Virus record (IMG/VR): IMGVR_UViG_2671181027_000003
DNA: 64,000 bases
Direction: 5' to 3' (one strand)
Source: a virus
Lineage: Duplodnaviria; Heunggongvirae; Uroviricota; Caudoviricetes
Numbering within the stretch: the stretch's first letter is position 1; every line of letters begins with the position of its first letter. Below are positions 1 to 9,997 of this stretch, piece after piece. A model generated the notes under the pieces. It was not told where the DNA came from, searched no databases, and saw only the letters and a program-made list of their open reading frames with translations. Made by a program: the position numbers and the translations under genes.

Positions 1-87
1 CAATCAACGCTAAAATTAATCGGAAAAATCAAAGACAAACATGATCTTTTTACAGGAGTTAATGGCAAAAAATTTCCGTACTCTACG

Positions 88-804
88 ATGTCTCATGTAA
101 TTAATAAACCGTTTGTTCTGGCGCTTGCACCCTTTGACTCCGATTTATCATTGTCTCAAAATAACACAATCATCAATCGAGTGTTGTTTGGCATTGAGGA
201 ACCTACCACCAGAAATTTGGTGACTGGCAGCCAAACTAAAGTTACCTCAATCAAAAAGAATGAAGACGTTGAAATTCCATTAGGTATATTTACTAACGAC
301 TCATATAAAGAAATAAGTGCGGTTATTTTCTCCACCACCGGCACTTTTGGAAAAGCCGTGGTTCAAAGCGGTATCGGTAGATATGTAAGATCGACACGAT
401 ATCGAGCCATTGATGTGAATGATTTCATCGCCAATGAAGGGATGAAAAACGAGGGAAAGCACACACAAAGGATAGGACCTGATCATTTCATCACTACATA
501 TCGGCATTTTTTAAATAACGAAGTCACTGGTGCGGATATTGTAGTTTGCCATTCCACTGCTCATGAAGAGACGCACTTTGACGGTCTTCATATTTACTAC
601 AATCCTTTTGCGACAGTGCCACTGGACAGAAATATTTTCTTCCCCCCAGAGATAACTCATAATTTTTACGATATGGAAAAAGAACAGTCTGTTCAGAATC
701 ATCCTGATGGGGCGCTGGTATCTAGACAGGTTTTTGAACCAACTAGAGCACATTTTAGGTATATCATGAAACATTGGTTTCCAGGCTATCTAAAAGATGT
801 TTAA
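88..804 (+). CDS. hypothetical protein encoded by an AT-rich accessory gene
   Basis: 238-aa ORF with markedly lower GC than the core genes and no recognisable motif. It is followed by a strong terminator. Confidence 0.5.
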   Translation: MSHVINKPFVLALAPFDSDLSLSQNNTIINRVLFGIEEPTTRNLVTGSQTKVTSIKKNEDVEIPLGIFTNDSYKEISAVIFSTTGTFGKAVVQSGIGRYVRSTRYRAIDVNDFIANEGMKNEGKHTQRIGPDHFITTYRHFLNNEVTGADIVVCHSTAHEETHFDGLHIYYNPFATVPLDRNIFFPPEITHNFYDMEKEQSVQNHPDGALVSRQVFEPTRAHFRYIMKHWFPGYLKDV

Positions 805-825
805 GCATCCTGCTGGTTGAATTTG

Positions 826-888
826 GAACCTGCTTCTGTATATAAATACTAAGTATACTTATTATTTATACGGAAGCAGGTTTTTTTC
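826..888 (+). terminator. rho-independent terminator
   Basis: Stem aacctgcttctgtatataaata / tatttatacggaagcaggtt followed by a T7 run. The loop contains the ctaagta(c/t) motif. Confidence 0.6.
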
Positions 889-999
889 TATGCCAACTTC
901 CCAGACACATTCCCTTCCGTTTCCACTTCCAAAAACAGTCTCCAGTCGCTATGATTCGCCCATTATGATAAGTAAGTAGCTACCTATCAGGCGGAGCAC

Positions 1000-1725
1000 A
1001 TGAGCCAGATCTTCTTTAACACTATTAACAACGACCAGTACGACTTCATGACCGAGTGGGACACCACAGTCATGGACAAGTGGGTGGCCGAGAATATTGG
1101 GCTGTCACGCTGCAAGGATGAGGCGGAGCTGTTCGAGACAAAGTGGTTTGATTACCGCGACATGCACCCGCTTATGGCCACATGCCTCTTCACTGAGACA
1201 TACAAGCGCCAGTACTCATACATCATGCTGTCGCATGGCCGCGAACACTATGAGACGGCCCAGTTCACTACCGGTTTGAAACGTGTGCCGTATCAGGAGC
1301 TGTCGACGGCCAACAAAACGTCTCTCTGGAAAGCACGCCAATTTGCCGACCAGTACTGCTGCTCTTATGACTACTTCATTTCTACCGTTCTTTCCGCAGC
1401 TGCACGCCGTCTGTGGGACAAATTACCTCGCCCCCAGCATCTCTGGCAGCCCGAGCTGATTGAGATATTCGAAGAGAAGTTAGCCAAACGCGCTGTAACC
1501 CGTCTGGATGACTCTCTGGTGAGTTTTAAGCATCTGGGAGACATGCAGCACGACCCGATTCAAGAACGCTATTTTGAGTGGGTTCTGGAGCGTCTGCGTG
1601 GCATTACCCGAGACAAACGCGTCCGCATCATCTTCTCCGCTGTCTGGTTGATGGAAATCGTGCCTGAGCGTGTGATTTACGCGCACTTCCCGGAAGAACT
1701 GGAAGAAGCACGGCGATTCTGTTGA
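1000..1725 (+). CDS. hypothetical protein
   Basis: 241-aa ORF. The palindromic motif lies at 966-989 just upstream. Codon usage matches the core genes. Confidence 0.55.
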   Translation: MSQIFFNTINNDQYDFMTEWDTTVMDKWVAENIGLSRCKDEAELFETKWFDYRDMHPLMATCLFTETYKRQYSYIMLSHGREHYETAQFTTGLKRVPYQELSTANKTSLWKARQFADQYCCSYDYFISTVLSAAARRLWDKLPRPQHLWQPELIEIFEEKLAKRAVTRLDDSLVSFKHLGDMQHDPIQERYFEWVLERLRGITRDKRVRIIFSAVWLMEIVPERVIYAHFPEELEEARRFC

Positions 1726-1785
1726 TCCCCTATTTGGCTTTTTTAGTATTAGAAAACAAATTGTTTAAGCACCAAAGGAAAGCAC

Positions 1786-3126
1786 ATGACCGAACTTTGC
1801 CACACAGGACGAGGGTTGTCTGAAGAGTTCGACGACGACTTCCAGAATCGACTCGCAGCCTACTTCTGTCGCGACCATGAGTTTCTGACTCGCGCCGGTG
1901 ATCTGGTTGCGCCAAACCAGTTCTCCAATGCGGCCAACGCCATTCTTGTTAACATGGTGTCGGGCTACTACAGAATGTATAAGAGCGCACCATCATCGTC
2001 GGCCATCCTCGACATGCTCAAACGCGCCAAACGCGATAAGACGATCCGCGAAGAGCTGTTCCCCGACGTCGTTGAGGCGTTTAAGCGGATTCTCGCTGAG
2101 AAGCTGTCAGATACGGCGTACATGGTCGACCAGGTTGCGACGTTTGCCAAAAGCGTAGCGTTCGACGACGCGCTGATTAAAGCGGCTGAGATGAAAGAGA
2201 AGGGCGATTTCCAGGGCGCGATGGCAATCATGGCCAAAGTCCAGCAAATCGGCTCTAACGAAGCGACCGGCATCTACGATTACTTCTCTGAGTCAGCAGA
2301 GCGTTACAAGGCGCGTGAGTACGAAGCGTCCGACGATTACGTGCCAAACAGCATCACAACGGGCCTACCGCTGCTCGACAAGCTGCTTTACCAGAAAGGC
2401 TGGGCAAAGCGTGAAATGGTGCTGTTCATGGGCTTCGCGAAGTCTGGTAAATCGACGGCGATGGGTGAGTTCTCCATCAACGCCACGCTTGCCGGTTACA
2501 ACGTCCTGTATCTGTCGCTGGAAGTTCACACCTCCATTCTGTCAGATCGCTTTGACGCACGTCTGTCTGAGACCGAAATGTCCAAGCTGGTGGAGCGCCG
2601 CGACGACGTCCATCGCAAACTGGCAGAGCTGGGCGCGACGAAAGGCGTGGGGAGCTTGTGGATTGTTGAACGACCGTCCGGAAGCATGTCGCCTGCAGAT
2701 CTGGATCGTATGTTGGGCAGCATGAAAGCCAATGGCATGATCCCCGACATGGTCGTGGTCGACTACGCTGACCTGATGCGTGCCAGCTACGACCTCCGCG
2801 ACGACCGAGCCAACATTCGCAGCATCTACACTGACCTGCGTGCGCTGTACGACAAACACAACGTTGCCGGCATCACTGCATCGCAGACTAACAGAGAAGG
2901 TGGTGCTTCAGAGGTGGCCACAATGATGCACGCAGCGGACAACATCGAGAAGGTGCGTATCGCTGACCTCGTTATCACGATCAACAAAACGGAAGAGGAA
3001 GAAGCGAAAGGCGAAGCGCGTCTGTACTTCGCTGGTTCACGTAACCAGAAAGGCGGCGTAAGCATCCGCGTTAAGCAGAACCTCGAACAAATGCGATTCA
3101 TCGAACGCATTATGGACGTCCTCTAA
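1786..3126 (+). CDS. replicative DNA helicase, DnaB family
   Basis: Walker A GFAKSGKST, a DnaB-like RecA-fold C-terminal domain and the segment SQTNREG. RBS aaaggaaagcacATG. Confidence 0.8.
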   Translation: MTELCHTGRGLSEEFDDDFQNRLAAYFCRDHEFLTRAGDLVAPNQFSNAANAILVNMVSGYYRMYKSAPSSSAILDMLKRAKRDKTIREELFPDVVEAFKRILAEKLSDTAYMVDQVATFAKSVAFDDALIKAAEMKEKGDFQGAMAIMAKVQQIGSNEATGIYDYFSESAERYKAREYEASDDYVPNSITTGLPLLDKLLYQKGWAKREMVLFMGFAKSGKSTAMGEFSINATLAGYNVLYLSLEVHTSILSDRFDARLSETEMSKLVERRDDVHRKLAELGATKGVGSLWIVERPSGSMSPADLDRMLGSMKANGMIPDMVVVDYADLMRASYDLRDDRANIRSIYTDLRALYDKHNVAGITASQTNREGGASEVATMMHAADNIEKVRIADLVITINKTEEEEAKGEARLYFAGSRNQKGGVSIRVKQNLEQMRFIERIMDVL

Positions 3127-3214
3127 AAAAGAAGGCGTGGGGAAACGCTCTCCACGCCGATCTCCATAAGAGAACAAATTTTCTCTTTTGCCAAAGCCAC
3201 AAAAGAAAAAACAC

Positions 3215-4399
3215 ATGAGCCTTTATGGTATTCAAATACCGAGGCTTATCAAGATATTACCTGCAAAAAGTAGGGTTAAGAACGTGAGCGACTTGAAAGA
3301 ATTACTGACCGAGCTGGATTTTGAACAATGGCTCGATATGGAAGGAATCATCTACCGTCGTGGTGGCGTCAGTACTCGTGGACGTGAGGTGAATATCAAG
3401 GAGTGTCCGGTATGCGGCAGCTCAAACTGGAAGGTTTATTTCAACCTGACCAATGGCGTCGGCAAATGCTTTGCTGGCGATCATCCCGAAGAGATTCAGT
3501 TCAACAAGCTGGTCTTCCTCAAGCACTACAGCGGCAAATCCCGTCGCGATTTTGAAGAGTACGTCCAGAACGCGCTGATCTCACAAGGATGGGCGCCGAA
3601 GAAGGAAGAGGTCGTGCTGGCCAGCAAGGTTGAACTCGAAGGGCCAGTCGCTCTCCCGCGACATTACGAACTCCCCATTGACGGTCGTCTTCCTGATTAT
3701 CTGGTGGAGCGCCAGGTTTCCCCGGAGCTGGCCAAATACTTTGATCTGCGTTACTGCGTCGAAGGCAAGCACGCATACGTCGATCCGTACACAGACCAGG
3801 TCAAAGGGCAGGTGTTTGATATGCGCATCCTGATACCGGTTTACGATCTGGATGGCGTGATGAAGACCTTCCAGGGGCGTGACATTACCGGTGCAGCAGA
3901 ACGCCGTTATCTCTTCCCTATGCAGCTGCCGGCGTCGGGTAAGTTTCTCTACAACGGCCACAACGCAGTCGGGAAACAAACAGTCGTTGTGTGTGAAGGG
4001 GCATTTGACGTAATGGGCGTGAAGCGAGCCATCTTCGACGAAGAGACGCTGAGGGATTATGTAGAGCCAATTGGCACGTTCGGGATGCACTTGTCCGGAA
4101 ATATGAATGAGGACGCTGAAGATCAGTTGGGCGCGTTCCTGACGCTCAAGGCGCGTGGATTACGCAACGTCATCATGATGTGGGATAGCGAGAAGCAAGC
4201 GATCCGCAACACCATGTCGGCGGCCAAACGCCTCACCAGCATCGGACTAAATGTCAAAGTGGCCTGTCTGGGCGAAGAAGGTCTCGACCCGGGCGACGCG
4301 ACGTCAGAGCAGATCCTCAAAGCCTATTATCGTGCCAAGCCTTACTCCAAACAGCTGGAGTTAAAATGCAAAGTGCTCGGTATCAAGTCACTCGTGTAG
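3215..4399 (+). CDS. DNA primase (zinc-finger plus TOPRIM)
   Basis: Zinc-finger motif CPVCGSSNW...CFAGDH, TOPRIM-like VVVCEGAFDVMGV and MWDSE. Start chosen at the aaaaacacATG consensus, which is an internal Met of ORF 3188. Confidence 0.7.
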   Translation: MSLYGIQIPRLIKILPAKSRVKNVSDLKELLTELDFEQWLDMEGIIYRRGGVSTRGREVNIKECPVCGSSNWKVYFNLTNGVGKCFAGDHPEEIQFNKLVFLKHYSGKSRRDFEEYVQNALISQGWAPKKEEVVLASKVELEGPVALPRHYELPIDGRLPDYLVERQVSPELAKYFDLRYCVEGKHAYVDPYTDQVKGQVFDMRILIPVYDLDGVMKTFQGRDITGAAERRYLFPMQLPASGKFLYNGHNAVGKQTVVVCEGAFDVMGVKRAIFDEETLRDYVEPIGTFGMHLSGNMNEDAEDQLGAFLTLKARGLRNVIMMWDSEKQAIRNTMSAAKRLTSIGLNVKVACLGEEGLDPGDATSEQILKAYYRAKPYSKQLELKCKVLGIKSLV

Positions 4400-4400
4400 T

Positions 4401-5453
4401 TTAAGTTGTGGGAGACAGACGGTTCAGGACAAACGCAGCGATATTATTTAGTGCTATATTTAGCAAACTTGCATCGTATGTTTGGTCGTTATCCTTAGGT
4501 TTAAAATTGCTGATACTGACTGTCTCACTGTGCTCATTTTCATAGAAACGTTTACTGCTTGAATCTAGGCGTTTGAGGACGTAAATTTGCCCAAATTCAA
4601 TCCACTCACCTTCACCATTGAGTCCGCTCCCTGTCTTGACTGAGATGAAGTACTTTGCCAGCTTGGTTGTAATGCAGTCTTCATTTTTTTCTATGCAAAC
4701 CTTAATGCCGGCGGCTTTCAAACTACGATAAATGCTGTTTGGATATGCCCCACTATAGATTTCGCTGCTTTCAATGATAATGACGTCGTATTCTTCCTTT
4801 GGCTCAATAGATAAAGCTTCAGGCTCCAAATCATCCTTGTGAAAAATAAATCCTAAAAGACGCTCAAGTTCATCTGTTAATTTGAACATGGGGTTCGCTT
4901 GGATCTCGCCAGCCCTGTCTTCGTAGACGAGACCCGAGGTTATGAGCTTATTTAGCGATCTCAGAGCCATTCCACTTTTTTGTGATGTGAGACTAACTTG
5001 GGCTAATACAGTTGATTTATAGCCTTTTATTGGCGAGCTTGTTGTGATGTAAAGTTTGCGCGCATATTCAATATCAAAGCAGGTTAACCCACTCAGTATG
5101 TGGATAAAAAATAGTTTTTCATCGTCGTTAAGGCTGCTGCGGGCTAGGCTTACCGTCAAGCGAATGTAGTATTCTGTTTTCTTGTCTTCATCATCAAGCA
5201 CGAGCTTTTTGACTAACGCCGAAAAGTGTTCTCTTGAGATATCGACCTCATCGTCGCAAATTTCACCAATGCCCATAATGTAACGGTTGAATCGATCACG
5301 ACAAGTCGTCGCATTTATCTCTGAGAACAACGTGAACATTTTTTCCGCTGCCTCAATATGAGGTCCAACAAGCGGTATAGATTTGGCAAACGCCAAACCA
5401 GTTTCTTTCAATACCTTCCTGTGTTGCATCACGTTTTTGGACAACGTTGTCAT
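4401..5453 (-). CDS. hypothetical protein, AT-rich opposite-strand insertion
   Basis: 350-aa ORF on the minus strand, wedged between + strand core genes. It is AT-rich with no recognisable motif. Confidence 0.5.
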   Translation of the reverse strand: MTTLSKNVMQHRKVLKETGLAFAKSIPLVGPHIEAAEKMFTLFSEINATTCRDRFNRYIMGIGEICDDEVDISREHFSALVKKLVLDDEDKKTEYYIRLTVSLARSSLNDDEKLFFIHILSGLTCFDIEYARKLYITTSSPIKGYKSTVLAQVSLTSQKSGMALRSLNKLITSGLVYEDRAGEIQANPMFKLTDELERLLGFIFHKDDLEPEALSIEPKEEYDVIIIESSEIYSGAYPNSIYRSLKAAGIKVCIEKNEDCITTKLAKYFISVKTGSGLNGEGEWIEFGQIYVLKRLDSSSKRFYENEHSETVSISNFKPKDNDQTYDASLLNIALNNIAAFVLNRLSPTT

Positions 5454-5636
5454 AGACCTAAGCCTTGTGTGTTTAACGTATTAGTTAAGTGAAATCATAT
5501 AGAAGTGACCTGACAGCTACAACTGGACAAGATTAAGAGCATTTTTTATAAACGAAACTAAACGCCTACATTGATAAGTAGATACATACTTATTTTTCTG
5601 TAAGAATATGCGCGACGAAGGAATTGAGGAACCTTT

Positions 5637-6431
5637 ATGAAAGCAGATATTCAGAAGTCCGTTACCGAAATTATCGACAAATCAGGCGTAGAAATTGATA
5701 CAGAAGAGCGCCAGAAGATTATCGATGAGGCGATCCAAACTGCGCTGGAGCACATCGCCACGTCTGTGAGCACCGCACCTCTTGGGGAAGGCTCGAAATA
5801 CATGCGGGTATGGGTTCGTTTTGGAGAGTCCCCGGAGCTGCCTGGTGTTAAACAGAAACGCGCGGCACTCGTGGCGTTCACTCACAAAATGAAGGACGCA
5901 ACGGTCGAAGTACGCGCCGGTGCATGGTACGACGGTCGCGTTGTCTACACCAATCAGGCGGTGTGCGATGAAGGTGAACGGTTTGAGGAAATTGTCGACG
6001 CGACTCTTCGCGCGATCAAAGGCAGGGCTGGCGTAGAGGATGATCCGTCTATCGCGGCGTTCCTGAGCATTGTCGAACTGCCTGAAGTTACCGAACGCGT
6101 TACAGATCTGACAACCCCACCTGGTATGCTGGAGTTGGTGGTCAGTGGCGATACCAAAAAAGCCGTTGAGCGCATTCGTGAGGTGGAATACGGCATCATC
6201 TGCGATATGTGCCGCAGCGACTTAGACCTGGTGCGCATCATTGTCGACGCGGGTCAGGCATGTGACGGTGTGCTCGCCAGTTTTGCAGGGCAGGTGGCAC
6301 GCCTGGCCAACGAGCTGCCGATGATTAAACAGGAGGCAAAATCCTACGCCGTCCACCATGCCAACGATTTACTGGAACCATACCGGTTCGAAGCCGCTCA
6401 GGACAAAATGACTGGTTGGGCGACCTGGTAA
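5637..6431 (+). CDS. hypothetical protein
   Basis: 264-aa ORF. Palindrome variant at 5571-5593 upstream; terminator downstream. Confidence 0.55.
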   Translation: MKADIQKSVTEIIDKSGVEIDTEERQKIIDEAIQTALEHIATSVSTAPLGEGSKYMRVWVRFGESPELPGVKQKRAALVAFTHKMKDATVEVRAGAWYDGRVVYTNQAVCDEGERFEEIVDATLRAIKGRAGVEDDPSIAAFLSIVELPEVTERVTDLTTPPGMLELVVSGDTKKAVERIREVEYGIICDMCRSDLDLVRIIVDAGQACDGVLASFAGQVARLANELPMIKQEAKSYAVHHANDLLEPYRFEAAQDKMTGWATW

Positions 6432-6448
6432 ACCTCGATAAACCATTT

Positions 6449-6472
6449 AGCCCCCTGGTGGGGCTTTTTTAA
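6449..6472 (+). terminator. rho-independent terminator
   Basis: agccccctggtggggctttttt. Confidence 0.7.
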
Positions 6473-6512
6473 ACTGCGCTCAATAAGTAAGTACACGACT
6501 ACGGTTAGAAGC

Positions 6513-6989
6513 ATGTCCACAAAAACAGATTTGTCGAAAATCCCGTCTATCTCCGGAAACAACGGTTATTCGCTGCGCTGTCAGGAAGTGAAGATCAACG
6601 GCCATGAGGCCCATTGCAGCTATACAGTCTGCCAGCACACCATCCTCGCCTACAAAGAGAAGCGTCTCCCAGCGACATCGTTCCAGTCCTGCGTTGCGGC
6701 CATTGCTGCTGGAAAATGCCAGGCGCTGAAGATGATGGTCGAAGAGATCCGCAAAGGCGAACAGCTCTACTTCATCGATATGGCTGCGCTTATCAAAGAA
6801 GTGGAAGAGCAAAACGACCACGCCAGAACGCTTACCCGGAAGCGCAACACCATGACGATTAACAGTCTGGTTCAACGCACGAAGAAAACAGAACCAGCCA
6901 AACCCGAAACCACGTCCACCGATTCACTGGCGCCCGTCACTGACGTGTACGCGGCACTCATTGAAGAAGCAACCAAAGAAAACACATGA
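6513..6989 (+). CDS. hypothetical protein (Cys/His-containing)
   Basis: 158-aa ORF. Motif half-site at 6481-6497 upstream. Confidence 0.5.
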   Translation: MSTKTDLSKIPSISGNNGYSLRCQEVKINGHEAHCSYTVCQHTILAYKEKRLPATSFQSCVAAIAAGKCQALKMMVEEIRKGEQLYFIDMAALIKEVEEQNDHARTLTRKRNTMTINSLVQRTKKTEPAKPETTSTDSLAPVTDVYAALIEEATKENT

Positions 6990-7023
6990 AAACTCCCGAG
7001 CGACCGATGGAGGTTAAACACTA

Positions 7024-8346
7024 ATGGAAAAACTGATCGCCCTAAAGCACAAGCTGGATGCCATAAAAACGATGGGAACCAACGCCAAAAAAGAGGCGCT
7101 GGCCAACCTTGATGAATTTGAGCAGAGCATGGTCTCGCTAATGCTCAACCCATTCATTCGATTCGGTGTGAAGAAGTACAAAGTGGCCGAGCCACTGGAT
7201 ACTTCCGTACCCAGCGACCAGAAGGTAGTCGAGCTGCTGGAGAAGCTGGCGGCGCGCGAACTGACCGGGAACGCAGCCATTGCTGCTGTCGAATCACTCG
7301 TTGCCTCAATGTGCGCTGACGGGCAGGACGTGTTTCGTCGCTTCCTGCTGAAAGACCCGAAAGCCGGCGTCGGCATCAGCCTGTGCAACAAGGTGTTCGA
7401 AAACCCAATTCCGAAGTTTGAGGTACAGCTGGCGTCTCCGTACAAGGAGAAAGGCGACAAATACCCATTTAAACCAAATCCAAAGGCCAAGTGGCCAATG
7501 ATCGGCAGCCTCAAACTCGATGGTCTCCGGGTTATCTGCGAAGTCATCGTTGACGAGGAAGAGGTGAACTTCCTGACGCGTACCGGCAATCCGATTACGT
7601 CACTCGATCACCTTAAACCGGCCATGCTGGAGCGAGGCAGACTCTCCGGGTTCAAGCACATCTTCTTCGATGGTGAGGGTACTGCAGGTACGTTCAACCA
7701 GTCCGTATCGGCGCTTCGCAAGAAGAACGTGAAAGCCATTGGTGCCGTTTACCACATCTTCGATTTCTTCTTACCGGAGTGGCGTGCTCAGGCAAAAAGC
7801 AAAGAGTACCTGAAGACCGGCATGAAGCTGAAAGAGCGCCTGGCTATGCTGGTGGCGTTGTTCCGCAACACTTGCGGGGAAGATTACGCGCAAGATATCC
7901 ACCTGCATCCGTTCTACATCATCCATAGCCATGAAGACTTTATCGAACGCTTCATGAAGCGCCTGGACGAGAACGAAGAGGGGGAGATGGGCAAAGATCC
8001 GGATTCTGTTTACGAGTTCAAGCGTACCCGCAGCTGGTGGAAGTTGAAAGACGAGGATTCCGAAGACGGTGAAATCATCGACTTCGAGCCAGGCGACCCG
8101 GACTCTGGCTTTGCGCATACGCTGGGCAAGATAGTGATTCGTCTGGAGAACGGCGTCATCGTTCGTGCCAGCGGTATCAAGCATAAGTACCTGGATGAGA
8201 TCTGGAACAATCAGGAGAAGTATCGTGGACGCATCGTCGAGGTTCACTGCCATGAGAAAACGCCAGACGGTAGCTTACGCCACCCACGTCTGAAGTGGCC
8301 GAAATGTCTGCGAGATACCGAAGACCGTATTGGAGATAAAGACTGA
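7024..8346 (+). CDS. ATP-dependent DNA ligase
   Basis: Adenylation motif I, SLKLDGLRV (KxDGxR), with downstream nucleotidyltransferase and OB-like regions. 440 aa. Confidence 0.75.
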   Translation: MEKLIALKHKLDAIKTMGTNAKKEALANLDEFEQSMVSLMLNPFIRFGVKKYKVAEPLDTSVPSDQKVVELLEKLAARELTGNAAIAAVESLVASMCADGQDVFRRFLLKDPKAGVGISLCNKVFENPIPKFEVQLASPYKEKGDKYPFKPNPKAKWPMIGSLKLDGLRVICEVIVDEEEVNFLTRTGNPITSLDHLKPAMLERGRLSGFKHIFFDGEGTAGTFNQSVSALRKKNVKAIGAVYHIFDFFLPEWRAQAKSKEYLKTGMKLKERLAMLVALFRNTCGEDYAQDIHLHPFYIIHSHEDFIERFMKRLDENEEGEMGKDPDSVYEFKRTRSWWKLKDEDSEDGEIIDFEPGDPDSGFAHTLGKIVIRLENGVIVRASGIKHKYLDEIWNNQEKYRGRIVEVHCHEKTPDGSLRHPRLKWPKCLRDTEDRIGDKD

Positions 8347-8522
8347 TGCTCGGCTGGATGATTGTATTTTTGGTCGTCGGCATTGTTATCGGCAGTCTGG
8401 TTACGTCCAGCTGCATCAACGATTACGTAAAAGCCGGTGTCATGCAGAGGCGCGGCCGCATTTACCGCATTGTAGATATCACGTACACACTGAAGGAGAT
8501 TAAGGATGATCATGTTAAGTAA
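8346..8522 (+). CDS. small single-TM membrane protein
   Basis: 58-aa ORF MLGWMIVFLVVGIVIGSLV...RRGRIYRIVDITY. Its start overlaps the ligase stop (ATGA). Paralogous to the ORF at 8718. Confidence 0.4.
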   Translation: MLGWMIVFLVVGIVIGSLVTSSCINDYVKAGVMQRRGRIYRIVDITYTLKEIKDDHVK

Positions 8523-8718
8523 ACGGGAGAAGGAAACTCTGCGTGAAATCAGCCAATGGAAAGAGTTCTATTCCAACTGGAAGCCAAAGACCCGCGCCAA
8601 ACTGGAACGCATGAATCTTGTCGCTAACGTTTCGCCAAAGGGATGTGTGGAGAACTATCAACTCACTGAAAAAGGACACTCACTGTTGCAGCAATTGACT
8701 GAGGCGGGGGCGTTCTGA
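8506..8718 (+). CDS. hypothetical protein
   Basis: 70-aa ORF preceded by an aaggag RBS. Confidence 0.45.
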   Translation: MIMLSKREKETLREISQWKEFYSNWKPKTRAKLERMNLVANVSPKGCVENYQLTEKGHSLLQQLTEAGAF

Positions 8719-8870
8719 TGATTCCATACATCCTATTATCTTTTGCTGGGGGCGTGGCCCTCGGCTTCAGTATCTGTCGCGACCTGGTCAGGCAGGAACT
8801 GAAAACCAAAACGCTTCGCATCGGTAAGCGTCTGTATCGGGTTGTTCACGAGACGGGAGTGCAGAAATGA
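8718..8870 (+). CDS. small single-TM membrane protein (paralog of 8346)
   Basis: 50-aa ORF MIPYILLSFAGGVALGFSI...RIGKRLYRVVHETG. TGATG overlap with the preceding gene. Confidence 0.35.
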   Translation: MIPYILLSFAGGVALGFSICRDLVRQELKTKTLRIGKRLYRVVHETGVQK

Positions 8871-9172
8871 GCAATTTGACCTCTTTCGACTGGTGGCTGG
8901 CAACCTACCTTGTGGCGGCCGGCGTCGGATATGCCTTTTACATTGGTCAGTTAATCGTAAAGCTACTGCTGATCAGATTTGCCAGCCATAAACGCATAGA
9001 CGACGGTCTGTGGCGCCTGGGTTCTCTGCTGGAGACTCACTACGGCGAACTGAAGGAGAACGAAACTATCACTATTCAAGCGAAGCGTTTTACGGCCATC
9101 ATCACGAGAAAGCCGGAACAGAAGGTGAGTTTGATCAAAAAGATAGCAACTGAACGGGTTACAGAAAAATAA
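8867..9172 (+). CDS. membrane protein
   Basis: 101-aa ORF with an N-terminal hydrophobic helix. ATGA overlap with the preceding gene. Confidence 0.45.
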   Translation: MSNLTSFDWWLATYLVAAGVGYAFYIGQLIVKLLLIRFASHKRIDDGLWRLGSLLETHYGELKENETITIQAKRFTAIITRKPEQKVSLIKKIATERVTEK

Positions 9173-9921
9173 GTATTTACTTACTTATCTAATATGTATA
9201 AGATTCACTTGTTTTCGTTGAGACGCGACTGTTTGAACGTTAAATATAACTGCAAACGAAGATACATACCTGGCAGTAGCCTAAGAAGCCAAACACCAGC
9301 GAGGTCAGTTTCCAGCCTCGTCACCAAAGTGGGACACACTGAGCGAGTGTGATTGCAGAACGCAGGATAGGGCATGTTGCACCACCCATGCCCTATTCAA
9401 TGAAGTAACAGGATGGGCGGTTGGTTTTCCTCATTCCATTCCATCATCCCGGTTTCAGCCAGCTGACCGTCCATCCTGTTACGTCATTTCCATTACTTAT
9501 GTCGTTTAATCTTGGGTTAAAAGCGGCGACGTAACCCGGCTGGCTTGGTTAGCCAGCGCACAACGTTGAGGTCACTGTTTTTCTTTTAATCATACAGGTG
9601 ATTCCACAGAGCTGTAGTAACTGATCAATATGTTGGGTCGAACATAAATCGGTTCAGTGGCCTCAACGTTGTGAAAGCAGGATTCTTTAACCCTCTGGTG
9701 AAATCATTGTTGCCTATGTAGCCCCTGGTTTCACAACATGAATGATTCCATACATCCAATAAGATCGAAGAATCTGGCGGCCATCAACCGCCGAGAAGGA
9801 TTCCAGCTCTTTGCTCTATGTGAGCGAGCCACAAGCCTCGTCTGGCACTAACGTAAAGTGCAAGTTGCGGGAAAGTTCCTGGTTGCCTGGTTGTCCATCA
9901 ACAAGTACCGCCGCGAAATAT

Positions 9922-9996
9922 GATGGTGTAGCTCAGTGGTAGAGCGGTTGACTGTTAATCAACTGGTCGGTGGTTCGAGTCCACCCACCATCGCCA
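9922..9996 (+). tRNA. tRNA-Asn (anticodon GTT)
   Basis: Cloverleaf read by eye. Acceptor stem GATGGTG/CACCATC, D-arm GCTC..GAGC, anticodon stem GTTGA/TCAAC with loop CTGTTAA, T-arm GGTGG TTCGAGT CCACC, encoded CCA. Confidence 0.85.
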
Positions 9997-9997
9997 A

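Noticed and set aside
3581-4090. 169-aa antisense ORF inside the primase gene
   Set aside because: Shadow ORF fully embedded in a well-supported + strand gene. The same reasoning applies to antisense ORFs 40997-41806, 44281-45054, 49486-50223, 60691-61401 and 22541-22936.
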